DNA of 64,000 nt from Trichoplax adhaerens (lineage: Eukaryota; Animalia; Placozoa): positions 1,292,832-1,356,831 of the forward strand of contig NW_002060943.1 in assembly GCF_000150275.1 (NCBI RefSeq), given 5' to 3'. This document shows, one piece after another, positions 26,526-40,761 of this stretch. Below the pieces are notes generated by a model, which saw only the letters and a list, made by a program, of their open reading frames with translations, ran no database searches and was not told the origin of the DNA. Numbering within the stretch: position 1 is the first letter of the stretch; the number at the start of each line of letters is the position of its first letter. Made by a program: the position numbers and the translations under genes.

Positions 26526-29500
26526 CTAATTATGATAAAAATGCCAGTAAACATTTAATTAAAGCAGAATATTAAAAGCGATAAAAATATTTCATTTTCG
26601 TTAGATATAAACACGTAATTGATCATAGATTTATCCTAGCAAATATGCATATTAATTTAATTTCTGATCATCGTATACATGGTAGTATCACTTCAAATCA
26701 ATTTAAGTAATGAATGCATAGTGTCATATTCTTTTACAGGAATTAGTTTACGATTTGCTTACTGCCATTTTATCATAAGTAGATGACGTCTTTTGACTTT
26801 AATTAAAACTTTAAATGCCCATTCATAAACTTTCTTATTTCTAATATGAATTTTAAAGCTTCAATATCATAGTTAATCACTCCAAAAACTTATTAAAAGT
26901 ACCCAAAGTTACTTTATTTTCCTACGTTTTTCAACCATCATTCCTCATTAATATCAATTTTAGGACAATTTCTTCCCCATTGAATTTCTGTTGATTCACA
27001 GAGTTTTTAACGATTAAACTAGCCAATATCCGGCGCACCATAAGGCAATATTCTTCCATGAATAGGATTGAATATGTGTTTTGCTAAATACCTTTGATTA
27101 GGGCGCTTTATAAGAATACTTTTATATTCCAAATCATTAGCTGCTTCTCTCAATACATCTCGCTTATTTAATCACAAATAGCTATGCCTAATGATCAGAG
27201 CATAAAGTCGATTGATTGATTATAATTATGCACCTCTTTCTAAATTTATAAATTGAAATTCTCATTTCATATTGAAAACAAACTTCTCAGGCCTTCACCC
27301 TGATTATTTTAATTGACAAATTTTCATTAGAATATTGTTTTGCAATGAAAATAGTACATCATTCATTACCTAATTATTACCTTCTTTCAGTTAATATTAT
27401 CAAGTACACATCCCTCTGTTATAATATAAACTATTTTTCTATCTTTATTTCTTTGTCAATTCAAGAATAATGCTTTAAATTCATCTTAAAGTCTTGTTTA
27501 CTGTGAAATAATAATAAATTACAGTATGTTTTTTAATCAAAAATGGTACTTGCAGCAGTTACTTGGGACATTTTTACTAGATCAAAGCAGACAATGTTCA
27601 AGTTTGTTTCAAAACATAAAATTCCAAGGATTATTGTTTTTGTGATGATGTACTATTCCTCAGGAAATTTGAACCCTATTCGATATACTCCTGTTTGTGA
27701 TCTATAATAAAGGAATAGCAGGGCTTCTAGCTAGATTAATTTACCCCCTAGATTAGTAGAACTGTACAGTATAGAACAATGTATCATGATGACAACTAAT
27801 TGCTCTCGATCTGTTTTGTCCAATATGTGGATCGAATCGGTAGCCCTAAATTAGATCTTCTGAGGTAAAAGATTGATTTTGTCGTTCAGTAGACTTTCAA
27901 AAAATATTATAAAACCATCTGCCTTTTTAACATCCATTTAATCCTGTGATTACAATCTTTTCAGAAATATCATAAACAAACTTGACGTCACTCATTAAAT
28001 ATGATGTTTAATTATTAAAATCTTAGAGTCTACAAATTTTTTACCGAATAACCTATAACTATAATTTCAGTCTATCTATGGAAGTTTAGAAATTTTACTT
28101 TGTAAGACAGTGTAATATTGTATTCTAAGTTGATGATATATTTAATAATGTCTACCGTAGATGTTGTGTTCAACATGTGATAGATATTCTCGTTAGAGGC
28201 TTAAGTATTAAATATAGCTAGCTTAGTAACTGTAATCCTTTTGAAGAGGAGCGCTGCAGTGCTCACACTAGAGCTTCACATGAAAGGTGTAAACTATCTT
28301 GTATTTGAGATGCTAATACTAAAGTGTGTAGTAAGTAAGGTGCTAAGACTGTAAATGCGGAAAAGTACATAAGCGAGTAGTTAAGTATAGTAAGATAGTT
28401 CTTTCTCGTTAGAGGTCCTCAGCTAATCGATTACGTAGTATCTTTGTAAAGGAGGTTTTGTTTAATAAATCTTAATTTTCTAAAGTTTTGAAGATTCTTG
28501 ATCTATCAACCTCACATACTTATAGGAAAATAAAATAAAAATGTGCAAATTATAATAATTGAATTTAAATACATCTATCAAACTAGTCAGTAATCTATTC
28601 TGTAGTCAAGCGATGGGTAAAAAATGAACTCAAAGCGCTTGTAGTTACAATTTATCGGTTTAAAGATAATTATAACTGAGCGTGGGCATTAACCGAAAGT
28701 ATTAAATGTATGCCGCCATCATGAACAAAATCTATTCTCAATACACTTTAAATTCCAATAAAATTGGATTTGTCAACTTTAATCATTTACAATAATTAAT
28801 ATGTCTAAATTTTTACGGCAATTAGAGTAATCAAAGACAAACGAGGGAATAGAGTTTACCGGGAACGTGAATAATATTAGATAATTACTGCTGTTGAAGG
28901 AGAGAGCCCAAACAAGATATTAATTAGTTTTCAGGTAAATTAACAGTGCAGACAAGGTAGAGATCAGGTTGGTAGGTAGGATTATAGATTTGCGCAAATA
29001 TCTATTGGTAGAAGAATCAATTCATGTCATAACATAGAATTTAAGAGAAGGTCATTTATTTTCGGTTGCTTAATCATAGGATCAAATTAAAATATAGCAA
29101 TGGATTTTGGTCATTGAAACTATTCTTAATTTTAAATTAAAAATATTGCCGTTGGTAAAATTATTGAAATTCTAACGTCCTTGGCCGTATTCTTTGGATT
29201 GGAACTAATTTATAATGAAATGAACTCATACGGTCATCTTTTAAAAATAACATTAAAGAGAATTTTTATAATTTTTGTTTTATTTCTGTTAGTTAGTAAT
29301 AGAAATAACTAACCTCATGGTTAAAATAATAATCTTAATGCTTACTAATAAAATTTATGTATTTTTTTTTTCCCATTTCCTTTGATATTTAAGTGCTATA
29401 TGTATAGCATTGGTATAAAACGAAATTAGTCTTAATTTGAACATCATTAAAGAAAATCTGAAAGCAGTAATGTCTACTCTTATGGCTCGATAGTAGGACG

Positions 29501-32500
29501 AGTTGAGTTTGGGGAGAAAATGAAATGGACCAGAATTTGATATTATAGAAAACAATTATTAAAAGTTATTCTTATCCGTCTTTCTATATTTGTTAGATTT
29601 ATAATTTGTGATTGAGTAACAAAATTAGTCTCAACTTTAATAATATTAGAGAAAATTATCAGGAGGTGGTACTCTTCATTTCCTTTCGATACGGGCTTAA
29701 TTATTATGGTTATTTACTTAGAAAATTAAAATCTATTTAATCTTTTTATATTGCCAAATAAACGATAATCAGTAGTGCCCATTTCTATCCTTTAGAGATT
29801 TTTTTGACTCCTAGTTTCAGTAGGAAAGAGAAATTTGATTCTAATTTCTATTGTAGACAAAGATATTTCTCTTTTCCGGCGATATTTATGGTCTATCCAT
29901 TCATTACATGAACTGCAGTAGCAAATTAGTATTAATTTTCAATGTTGATGCTACAAGTAAATATTGATATTTCTTCATTTTAACTTACATCTAGCTAACT
30001 TATAATTTAATATCAAATGGTGAAATCGATATTTAATTTTAACATTATATAATCATCGTCAACAGACTTGATCATTTTTACTTCTTCAAAATCTGCGTAA
30101 CTCAAAAGTAGAAATATTAAATTAGTCTTAATTTTAATAACAGTAGTGCTAATTAAAACTAAACATTTTCTTACAAGAAAAAACTTTGGATTACTTCCTA
30201 TTTACTGTTACCAAAGGAGGAATAAATGACTAATAGAAAACTGGATTGAAGAATTATAACCATTAACTAAATATATTTTCTTTCAAGCTGGCTGAATAAT
30301 TTGAATAACATTTACTTTACTGTACTATAATTGCCAAGGGAAACTTTCTTCTTCCTAACTGATTTATATTGTTAGATTAGCAACCTATCATGTAATCCGA
30401 AACTAAAATTAAGTAAGTTTTTTAGGAAAAGGATCAAAATTAATGAATTATAGGATAAGTTTTCTAATAGTATTCATAATGCAAAGTATCTATTTTTCTG
30501 CAGTATCAGCGACAGTTAGGCGTGAAAAGCGAAGAATAAAAACTTTAAGCACTGATAGCACTCATTATTTTCAGATATCTCGGATTTTATTCTAATAGTC
30601 CTGATAAATTTTTAAAAGTTTAATAATTCGTAGTGAAAATTAAAATAGGCGTGATTGCTTTAACATTAAATTAAAATTTCTGCACTGATCGAAAGAGATT
30701 TGAGATTTTAAGGATAGGTACGTTAACTACTGCTGTCAATAACTTGACATGTTATTTTTAGCCAACAACAGACGATATTAATTGTAACGTGCTTACAAGA
30801 ATGGGATAGAGAAAATTTTGCTCCGCCTAACCTATTGAAGTCATTTCTTGTTGTAGTATGTATAATTTGAGTAAAAATATTGTCACTTTTAACTATTCCA
30901 GAGTTTTATTCTCTATATCTGAATAGAGCGGATGATATCAAAGACTGTAATAGAAGAAATAACAGTGGGAAAATTCATCTTTTCATCAATCAATTTAATC
31001 CCAGCGAAAAAAATGATTGAAGAGAAAGACTTGTTAAACGTATTACTTCTCTAATTGCTAGCAATGAATAGTCTATCAAACGAAATCAAGAGTAAAAATT
31101 AAGCAAAAATTTGTTGTTTTGTGGGTGAATTTGATTGCTACTATAGCGATTATGACGAAGAAACTAAATCGAATACCAATAAAAATATTGATGGACAACA
31201 TGCGAAAATTATATACAGTTGTAATCCCTTATCCTTCTAATTGTCGATAATGCGGTAGTGATCAATCAAATTGCATAGATGACTCAGGCTAAGATATGCT
31301 TTCATGGAGTATACAATCACAATTCAAAAGAGTCGTGATTAAAAAATTAGCCCAGTATGAGTTATAAATTAGACGGCAAGGGAAAACAACTGCATAAACT
31401 TATAAATTCTTAAGCTGTTAAGTGGTAAGAGCCTATGGATCGATTTGTATGGAATACTCCAGAAAGAAAGCTATATATAGTTCAATTTAAATTTAATAAA
31501 TAGAGAAAAGAACTGGACACAGGTAATAGCATTGTTCTTAAATAGCTTGCTGACAGCAGCTAATAAAAAAGTAAAAAACAGAGTCAGGAAAACAGACTGA
31601 ATCATTTTTTATAATAGATGGTCTGACTTGAGGATATTGATTGTATAAGTAGAGAAATAGTTTCCCAAACTTTTACTGACAGTACGCTATCATGATATTA
31701 TCAAACAGCTTAAGAAAAGACCGATAATATGTTTCAAATCAAGTTAAATACCATCATCACTGAAAAGAGATAAAATAGCGGAGAAAATAAGCCTAATACA
31801 GTTCCATAATTACTCAGTGCGACTGTATTAAAGATGGATGTTATCAGTATTAAAAACTTAGTTATAGAAGGATATCGTGGATATCGCAGAAACTCCCAGT
31901 ATGACAAAGAAAAATTCCTTAATGTTGCAATGTTAAAATCATTTTATGGTCTAAAATAGGATAGATATGGTAGTTAATACTTCACTTGCGTTCTTGAAAA
32001 AAATAATAAAACGTTATTGATAGAATTACTGTAGCTGCTAAAATCTAAGAAAAGTTTGACTCATAGTATATAGTATTAAAAATTCATTACGGGTGTAGTG
32101 GATTTAAAAACAATGAAGAGTACTTTTAGTTAGGTAATTCATTTAGTCGTGTGAGTAAAATCAATTGAGAATTTTATAGCATCTAAAGAGGGATGTTTGC
32201 TGTCTGTATATATTAACGGTTAAGGTATCACAACCTTAAAGACGTTATAATTTAATCGGTAAATATCAGTATAATAATTCAAGACCGGAACTTTTATTTT
32301 ATTATGAAAGTTCTTAATTTATTTTACAATAGCTCTGACGGCGACGCTTCAATTTTTACTAGAAAGTAATGCGTATTAAATTGAGTGATACGATGATTTA
32401 CGTCATACAACAGTACCGTATCTTGCTAAAGTTTTGTGGAGGTAAATTATGATAGTAAATTAATAAGAATTTATAGATTGTAGAATTAATATTTATATCT

Positions 32501-34206
32501 CAATTTTACGGTAATTCTTAACGAATAGGTTAAATCGTATTCCAGCATTATTGAAGTTGTTATTGTTACTGAATTCAATATCGTGCAAGATTACCCTCTT
32601 CATAATTTCAATACAGACCCATAACTATGGTTACAATATGATTAAATTAATATTGAATTCAAATTGAAATAAACCTTAAAATATTCAATTTTAAGAAGGC
32701 ATAATAGTAGATACGTATTTTAAATTATTCTAAGAGATAGACATAATATGTAGGGCCATGCATATATCGAACCGCTAATAGCCTGATCTTCGCTGATAGT
32801 TAAAAAAATTATTGGAATATAGGTTTCGTTAAAAGGGATTAAATTAACGGATTTACGGAAATATAATTTACTCCCAGGTGCTTAAGCTATAAGCTTAGAC
32901 ATAACGTTGAATATTTACAAAACTGTTATCCCAAAATAAGTTTCAAGGTTAAATTAGATTAAAGTAGTAATATAGTATTCATGGAGGCATTGGTCAAGGA
33001 AATTTAATACTAATTTTTCTCTCAAACATTCTCAGTCAGCACTATACCGATATAATTGATATGGCAATGGCCAAAATACTTGTATCCTATCACCGACTAT
33101 CCTTGCAATATTATATATATACTGTATGTCTAATGTCATAAACAACAGTATATTCTGAAAAGAGAATTAATTTGCTTATAGGTTAAATTTACTTAAATGT
33201 GATTTGGGGAACTTTATCTTTTCTTACTGATCATAAGAGTCTTTTAAGAATCCAGTTACTTATTTGCTCCACATGAAAATGTGGGTAAAACATACTCGTA
33301 TCTATGTGTGAAGTAATACGTTAGAAGCTTGTATATAGATAAGCAGCTGCTTCAAACATTTCAGTATAAATTAATTTTTAATCTATACTGCCGTCATTTA
33401 ATGCATATAAACAATTTAAAGGTGATTTTTTACTGTTTTTTTTTTCCGGTAACTGATTTTACCAAGGATGAGATGACTTACAGTATTTGCATTCCAAATT
33501 ATATATTCTGTTTGCTGAGTTAATATATTCGGGACAGAGTAGACAATAGGCTTTAAAAATCTTATTAGACAAATATTTTAGCCTGAAGCGAAATAGGAGT
33601 GTTATTTTCGAAATTATACTTAGCAAGAAGTAGTCGACTTTAAGAGCCGAGTTCTTTTGAGAATAAAAGCTGATCGTGTCTTTATTTATTTGCTACACTT
33701 TACTACTGCTTTTTCTCTTAATGAAAATAACAAACAGAGAATAGTGCCAATTGACTAGCACGTTTTATTTTTTATAGTTTTTACTCCTGCTGCGTAATGG
33801 CGTAATTTGAAATAAATATTGTATATGAAGCAATGAAAATTGTGAGGAAGTTCTCGACTTTCAAATTAATCTCTACAAGTAAATCTCTTTAAATGATAAT
33901 AGTAAAATATAGAAACTTATGATCATCAATCTAAGAAAATTCATAATGGGGTAATCTTAAAATCTTAAACGTCAAATTGAAATCCTAGATGCAACTGTAT
34001 TTTATGGTATAGCGAAGAATAGAAAGCTGTCTTAAGCATAGTTATCGTGTCGAATGAGGATTCGTTAAAGTTTAATTAAAATATGACGAGTTAGTTGTTT
34101 AAGCGAACAGAAAAGAGTTCAAGTAATCCAAAAATATTTTATAACAGATTATATCATGCATTAAAATGTGGTTAGAAAAGATTAAATTCAACGATTATAT
34201 TCATAC

Positions 34207-34288
34207 CTCCTTGTACATCGTTGAAATTACAGACCAATATGGCTAATGCCACCGCTATATTCCAATATAGCGATATCTTGCGATTCAT
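34207..34288 (-). CDS. Probable first (signal-peptide) exon of the MUC4-like gene
   Basis: MNRKISLYWNIAVALAILVCNFNDVQG followed by G|GTATGA (phase 1). It joins in frame to the phase-1 acceptor at 26525 to give ..[12 protein letters not shown]. Confidence 0.72.
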
Positions 34289-37117
34289 TCTAATGCTGTT
34301 TGCTGCAAGACGATCACTTTCTTAAATTGGATTTAAAGTAAAAATAAATGTAGAAACGATGAACCGATATTTTGATGTTGAATTTACCGATATTTTAAAA
34401 TTTAAGATAAAGTTCCAATTTGATCAATAGCAAGAATCGTTAATATGATTATGCCAGTTGACAGCGATATAGTTTCTATTTTTCAGAAGCGATAAAATCG
34501 TCGACTTCGTCCCGTAGGTGGTCAAAGGCTCTGTTCACGTTCTTTTACCCGCTTAAATAACAAACAAAATAACAGCAGCTAGAATCGATGCTTTCATGAA
34601 TTTAGATCATTTCTACAGTCGTTTCGTCAATTAAATTATTTGTTTCAATCTACTGATAAATCAATGCAATATTTTGGTTGCTAAGAAACCTACAAAAGAA
34701 AATTAAATAATACTAATAATTAGTATAGCGATTTAATCATTTCGATTGGATAACAATGGAATTGCTTACGATTATGTATCAACAATTCTCAATGCTCGAT
34801 TTTTTATAGCTCTATCCAGTATAAAGTGTAGTGTAGCTGTTAAAAAGTTAAAATGACCTCAGCTTTATTCCGTATCACATGAACAATAATAATTTACCCC
34901 TATTGTTAGTTGTCAACAACTTACGTAGATATTTTAAATTCTATTTGAGATGAAAGGGAAAGAATTCTATCACGAATTCATGGTGCTTGATAACTTTTAT
35001 CCGATGGGATACATTACATACTGCATGAGTATATGGCATATTATACGTACAAACAGATATACTATATAGCCTATCGAAATAGGTGTGGCATTTTACTTGT
35101 TTAAAGCAATTATATTTAGTAATAGAAGTAGCGTCTACTACAATAAAATATTTGCCACGCTATTTTTTGATTGATACATAGATTGCATCATGACTCAAAG
35201 TAGAATATCAATCCTACCCTGTAAATATAACTGATACTACCATCTGCAGTGCCTTACGTAGCCTAGCATCAATCATAGCACCTAACAATATCTCCATTAG
35301 TGATAAATAATTGTTAAGATTACTACATACGCATATTCTTCTCCCACTACTCTAGCTATTGATATTATGTTAAGAAGCGAATCAAATTAATTTCCTGAGA
35401 AAAATAATTAGAATCCTGTATTATAAAAATTTTTTTAGCATTAAAACGAAGATTGCCATGATAAGAGTTTTAGTCATGCAATCCTGCTTCATACAGAGAG
35501 ACAGCAGATCTATTCATGCTTTGGTTGGCTGAGAAATGTAATTTCCAAGCTAGGAATTAGGATGTGCAGTTTGTTATTGTAACTTATTTTAAACCACTAT
35601 ACAATAGTTATTATATTTGCGTAGTATCTTAATATGAATCTTTGGGATGTCGTTTTTATTCACAGTGGTAAAGTATTATCGCTAGTTAGTGCAAGACTTA
35701 TTGCGATTCAGGCTAGTATACTTATTATTACATCTGTTATCATTCCGTTCTTGGCCATCACTTATTTTCATTTACTAATGTTGTTTTTATAGCTATCAGA
35801 TACTCGATTTATTGTGATGTTAAAACGCTCATGTGCACGAAAAATCTTTGTGAAATTGATCAAAGACTTAAGTCAAACTCTGCGAGCATTTAATCTTAAA
35901 TTCGTGAATATAATTGGATATTACGGTTCTTTCATAAGCGTATAATCTCTAATGCAGATGAAAGAGTGATCACCTTAATTAACCAGTAGAGGAGTTATAG
36001 GGTGGTTAGTGGTTACTCTATATGTTGTCATGATAATGACCCTTTTATACTTCTGTAATAAAATTAATCTGCTGCAATTTGAAGATATACCGTATTAGAC
36101 TCAAGCTCTGTAGCCCTATTGCATGCAAATATTGTAAATGAAGAGCTGTTAACAACTGAGTTAGGCGGCTAGGTACTTTCATCTTGCTGACGCTTTAAAA
36201 AATAACATTAGCATTCAATATTAACAGCTAGTTAATAATAAATAGTACAACAGTTTGATTCCACCATTCACGACTTCAATTATGATATAGTTAGCAAATC
36301 ATTTTGCCTTGATTAAAATACAATTTTAAGCAATTTTCTATTGAAGACTAGTAATATTATGAGTTGAATTATAAGTATAACTGCGATATATCTTTTCGAG
36401 TTCATAGTATAGTATCACTAATATCGTACTACACATACTATTTGCATATACTGTAAGTAAGTATTGGTGTATTTCTGTAATGCTGTATTCCTATATTTAG
36501 GAATTTATTTATATTATATATTCCTATATTTATTATATAACTGTTCTATATTTATTTAGTTGATATGGTAGAATTACTATATACATAGCATCCTATCTCA
36601 AAACAACACCAAATATGTTTTTAACAGCTTCAGCAGATACAATAGTTTCTATTTCATAAACGATTTGTCGGTTAAAAGATAGTAAGGTAACAATATTACC
36701 ATAACAATTCATCGAAGCTGAAGATGCAAATTTATAGATATTTTAGTATTTTAGTCAAAGTCCTATAAGATCTCACTTCAAACCGATTAAAATTTTTTTC
36801 TGTTACTAAAGTTAGCAAAACGCTATCGTATCTCACAATATTGATAGCTGATACAACGAGTATATATGCAGTATATAGCCTTCAAATTTCCAGGATTTAT
36901 TAAACTCCTATGCAAGACTTGCTTGCATTTAATGCAACAGGTTCCAAGACTGAATTTATAAGAACTGATACAATGAGAGTCCGAACTCAAATCGCCTATG
37001 TAACCACTTTTAAGTTAGCAACAGTTGCGCTACCACATAACATAGAAAAGATCATTCAGATAATCATAATTGATTTGACATCGAAAGTCATTTTGAATTG
37101 TAAATAAACCAAGGTAA

Positions 37118-38941
37118 TTAAATATTGTCATGCGAATATTGCTTATCAGACTTCAAAATAAAATCAATGACATCCCTAGCTAATATATCAGGCTCTTCTA
37201 AAGCAGCAAAATGTCCGCCTCTAAGCATTGTGTTGTAAGTGACTATTTTCTTGTATCTATGAGATAACCAAGATCGCGGCGGTCTGGAAACTTCATTTGG
37301 AAAATCTGCTATACCTGCCGGAATGGATATTGGTACTCTACATAAAAAATAAATTACTTATCAATTCTCGTAATAATAGTAGTATTATAAAAGACATTCT
37401 AAAACAGGAGCATTAATATTTTTAACATAACGAATGGTAGAAGGTCAAAGAATTGCGATGTAAATACCAATACTAGGTTCACCTTTCTAACTCGAAAGTC
37501 TTGCTGTTGAATATGGATTCTTTATAGTAACGGAGGGATGGTACTATTGTTTGTGTTACCCAATAGATCATAACATTTGTTATGAGCTCATCTTTTGTGA
37601 ATTTCTCTTCAATGCAATCAATTTTGCTTGTATTGGAGCATCCAGACCAACGGATAAATTTCTCAATAATATAAGCAGCTAACCCTAATGGTGAATCATG
37701 AAGTGCAAGTCCTAATGTATCAGGTCTGGTGCTGTGTAAGAAAAAGTGCGACATTTCAATGGAATACTCAATAATCCTTTGAAGGAAAGGAAAGACTCGC
37801 TTGCGCTCTTCAGGATCTAATGGAAAACGTCACGTAATTGTTAACTGGAAGCTCGTATGTAGGATGGTACTATAGCTATCACTGAAATATCAATACTGCA
37901 ATCAACAATAAGCAGTGTCCTTATGTAGTGCAGCGTTTGTCATATGAAATTTATAAGCTATCATGTTTATCAAGCTTAAAAATGTAATCTGCCTAATTTG
38001 TATTCAACAATTGATAAGCATAATAGTAAAACAAGATATTACATTCATACCTGGGACAAATAACGACGGAAAAAAGCTGCCTATACTATATGTTAGGATA
38101 GGATTAGGAGCTGTCATAAATACAAAGTTGACGTGCAACCCTTTGCAATGCCTATTTAAAACAGTAAAGGCAATGTTAGTTCCAATGCAACCATGTTTAT
38201 ACTTGTACTATGAATAAGAAACTATGATACCGACTTAGAATCTAATATAGCCATCGCATTGGCAATTGCAGATCCCCAATCACCACCTTGAACATAGTAG
38301 TGATTGTATCCTAATCGTTGCATTAACTGTATGAATATACTAGCTGTTTCAATAGTGCCTAATCCAGATTTTTCTGGAGGACTTGAAAATCCAAAGCCAG
38401 GTATTGACGGAACAATCACAGTGTGATTGGCCTTTACTAATATCGGGATGACTTTGTAAAACTCATAAAATGAGCCCGGCCAGCCGTGTATCATTAAGAT
38501 GACCTTGGTTGACTTTTTGGCCAAATCATCACTGCCAGTTTGATGAATAAAATGGACATTAATTCCTTGTATTCTTGTTTTGTAATGATTAAAGTTGTTT
38601 ATAGTTAGTTCATGATTTCTCCAGTTGTAATGATTTTGCCAATAATTTGCTAGTGATAAAATATAATCTGCATTGGTTCCATAATCCCAATGAGTGTCTT
38701 GCAATGTTGCATAATTTCGAATCCTTTTCAACCTTGTATTTAAATCTCTTATGGCACCTTGACTAATGTTGACTTTAAACGGCTTAATTGTTGTATCATC
38801 TTCAATGGTATGAGATGGACTGTTGGTCCAGCATTGATCATTCTTGATGTACTTGGAAAGATCGACCGTTTGTGATAGGAAATAGTAATATCCGGCAGCA
38901 ATAATAATCACGACTATCGTAGCTATACTATACCCATTCAT
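37118..38941 (-). CDS. EPHX1: Microsomal epoxide hydrolase (4 exons: about 38235-38941, 38050-38152, 37484-37818, 37118-37337)
   Basis: N-terminal membrane anchor, IKPFKV..YW..YNWR N-domain, HGWPGSFYEF, GGDWG nucleophile, TRPDTLGLALHDSPLGLAAYIIEKF, FPNE and GGHFAALEEP. Confidence 0.92.
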
Positions 38942-39951
38942 TTGCAAGCAGATTATCTAACAATTACACATGATTACCCTGAAGAAGAACCATTTGATAG
39001 CATTAATATTAAGTATATCTCTGTTCAACAATCAATATACCTGTCTAAGGATAATCTCGTCGAAGCATTGCTGTATACACTACAGTATACAGTCAGTACA
39101 GTATGTCTAGTCATTGACTACAGTAGTACATGTTGTAGTTTACAAAACATAGTAATGTAATCGTGCCATGCTTAATATTTGTAAGTCAGGATATATCAAT
39201 CAATTATATTATCGTCAAAACATACTGGATTTCGATGCACTTTGCGAGGAAATAAATAAATTGTTGTTGATGACTGGTATGATTGGCAGAATCTCCCAAC
39301 GAATAACAGCAAAGTACGATCGCATACAGAACTCACACGAATAGAATCGGCAGTCTAGTCATGCAGTCGACTGGTAAGCGGTATATCGAACTACTGCAAT
39401 TTGCTCTTTGTAACAGAATGGAGCAAAAGTTGGCTCTACTTGGTACTAGATAAATCTGTAAATAGTGTCTTGAGTAGTCAAGTACCTACCTGATTAATAA
39501 AGGAGTAGCGGATTTACTACTGGATAAATAAACAAGATGTGCAACATGATTACTAGAGACCTCTAATTCAGGGTCTCTTATGATTACAGTACTACAGTAA
39601 ATCATACTCACACTGTTTGGGTGTTTTTGTCGAGCAGTCCAGTTGTCCGTATTCGGACTCAATCCATTCCCATACAAAGACTGCTAGTGACACGGTGTTC
39701 AAATGACGCATTGTTCTACGTACCACGTGAGAAGTGGAGCGTAATGGAGGCATGATGGATCATGCGCCAAGAAAACGCTTGTACCAGAACGTTGACGCAA
39801 CGAAGGCAATTTTTTGATTGGCTGAAGTAAAAAAGATTGCTAGATTCTTGACCTACTACACGCATAGGGGGTAAAATGGAATGAAAGCAGGTCGTTGTTT
39901 TGCCTTCGGCTTGGCTTTTGCCACTGCATCGAGTCTATTCTAAAATGGATG

Positions 39952-40076
39952 CGACCGCAATGGCAATCACCACACGACGATCGAAAAGGATCAATACTTG
40001 CTGTACGTGCATCCTGCGCAAAAGCAGTACACCACGGGTCCAAATTTAAGGATTAAAAAAGGCTTGATCGTCAAGG
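39952..40076. promoter_or_regulatory. Distal cluster of the CGAYCGMAA(A/T)GG motif, a partial duplicate of the proximal metallothionein promoter
   Basis: CGACCGCAATGG (39952), CGATCGAAAAGG (39978) and TGATCGTCAAGG (40065). The stretch 39952-40001 aligns with 40572-40617. Confidence 0.55.
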
Positions 40077-40550
40077 ACAGCACACTCACAGCTTCAAATG
40101 ACTGCCACGGCCCACCGATATTCTTCCATGTCTACACAGGCATTTGTTGAAGCGATCAAAGTTGATTGAATACCATGTCTTAAGTTCACTAGAGCTAAGA
40201 GAACACTTTACACTTTATTATAGAAGGTATTGGGCGCATATTTTGCTGGACAATGATGCTGATAAAGATGTAGGTTAAATCAATACAGATCCGTCCATTT
40301 TACGCTTGCTGGTGATACAGTACTACTGTCACAGTCATGTTGAATCATACTGTACTGTGCGGTGCTGCTTAGCTTGCATTGCATGATGGTTCGTTCATTC
40401 ATTGCATTACATCAGTGCATTGTATGTACTGTACTGTACTAGTGTACTGTATACCATCCCCTTAAAATGAAAGCACTGACTGCAATGTTTATTTTGATAT
40501 TGACGGCTTCTCTTTTTAGACGTACGTGATACAATAATGGTGCCATTTTG

Positions 40551-40631
40551 CGATCGCAAAGGATTAATGAACGACCGCAAGGCACTACACTACGATCGAA
40601 AAGGATCAACGTTTGCTGAAAAAGTATAAAA
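40551..40631 (+). promoter_or_regulatory. Proximal metallothionein promoter: three motif copies spaced 21 bp apart plus a TATA box
   Basis: CGATCGCAAAGG (40551), CGACCGCAAGG (40572), CGATCGAAAAGG (40593) and TATAAAA (40625-40631), about 130 bp upstream of the ATG. Confidence 0.7.
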
Positions 40632-40761
40632 GTGCTACCAACGCTTGTTCAGTATACTTTTTTTTTTCCGATCCTTCACTGTTGCTGTTCACGTCGTCGG
40701 CGTTCCGTTAAAATTTCTACCGATCAATTTCCATTCCTTTGCGTTACAATTTCTAACTTCA

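Noticed and set aside
31100-31460. Possible decayed transposon or viral coding sequence in the long intron
   Set aside because: Only short open stretches with no recognisable motif.
39840-40043. 67-aa minus ORF with CGDCHC near the metallothionein
   Set aside because: It has a non-ATG start and is the antisense reading of the promoter motif cluster.
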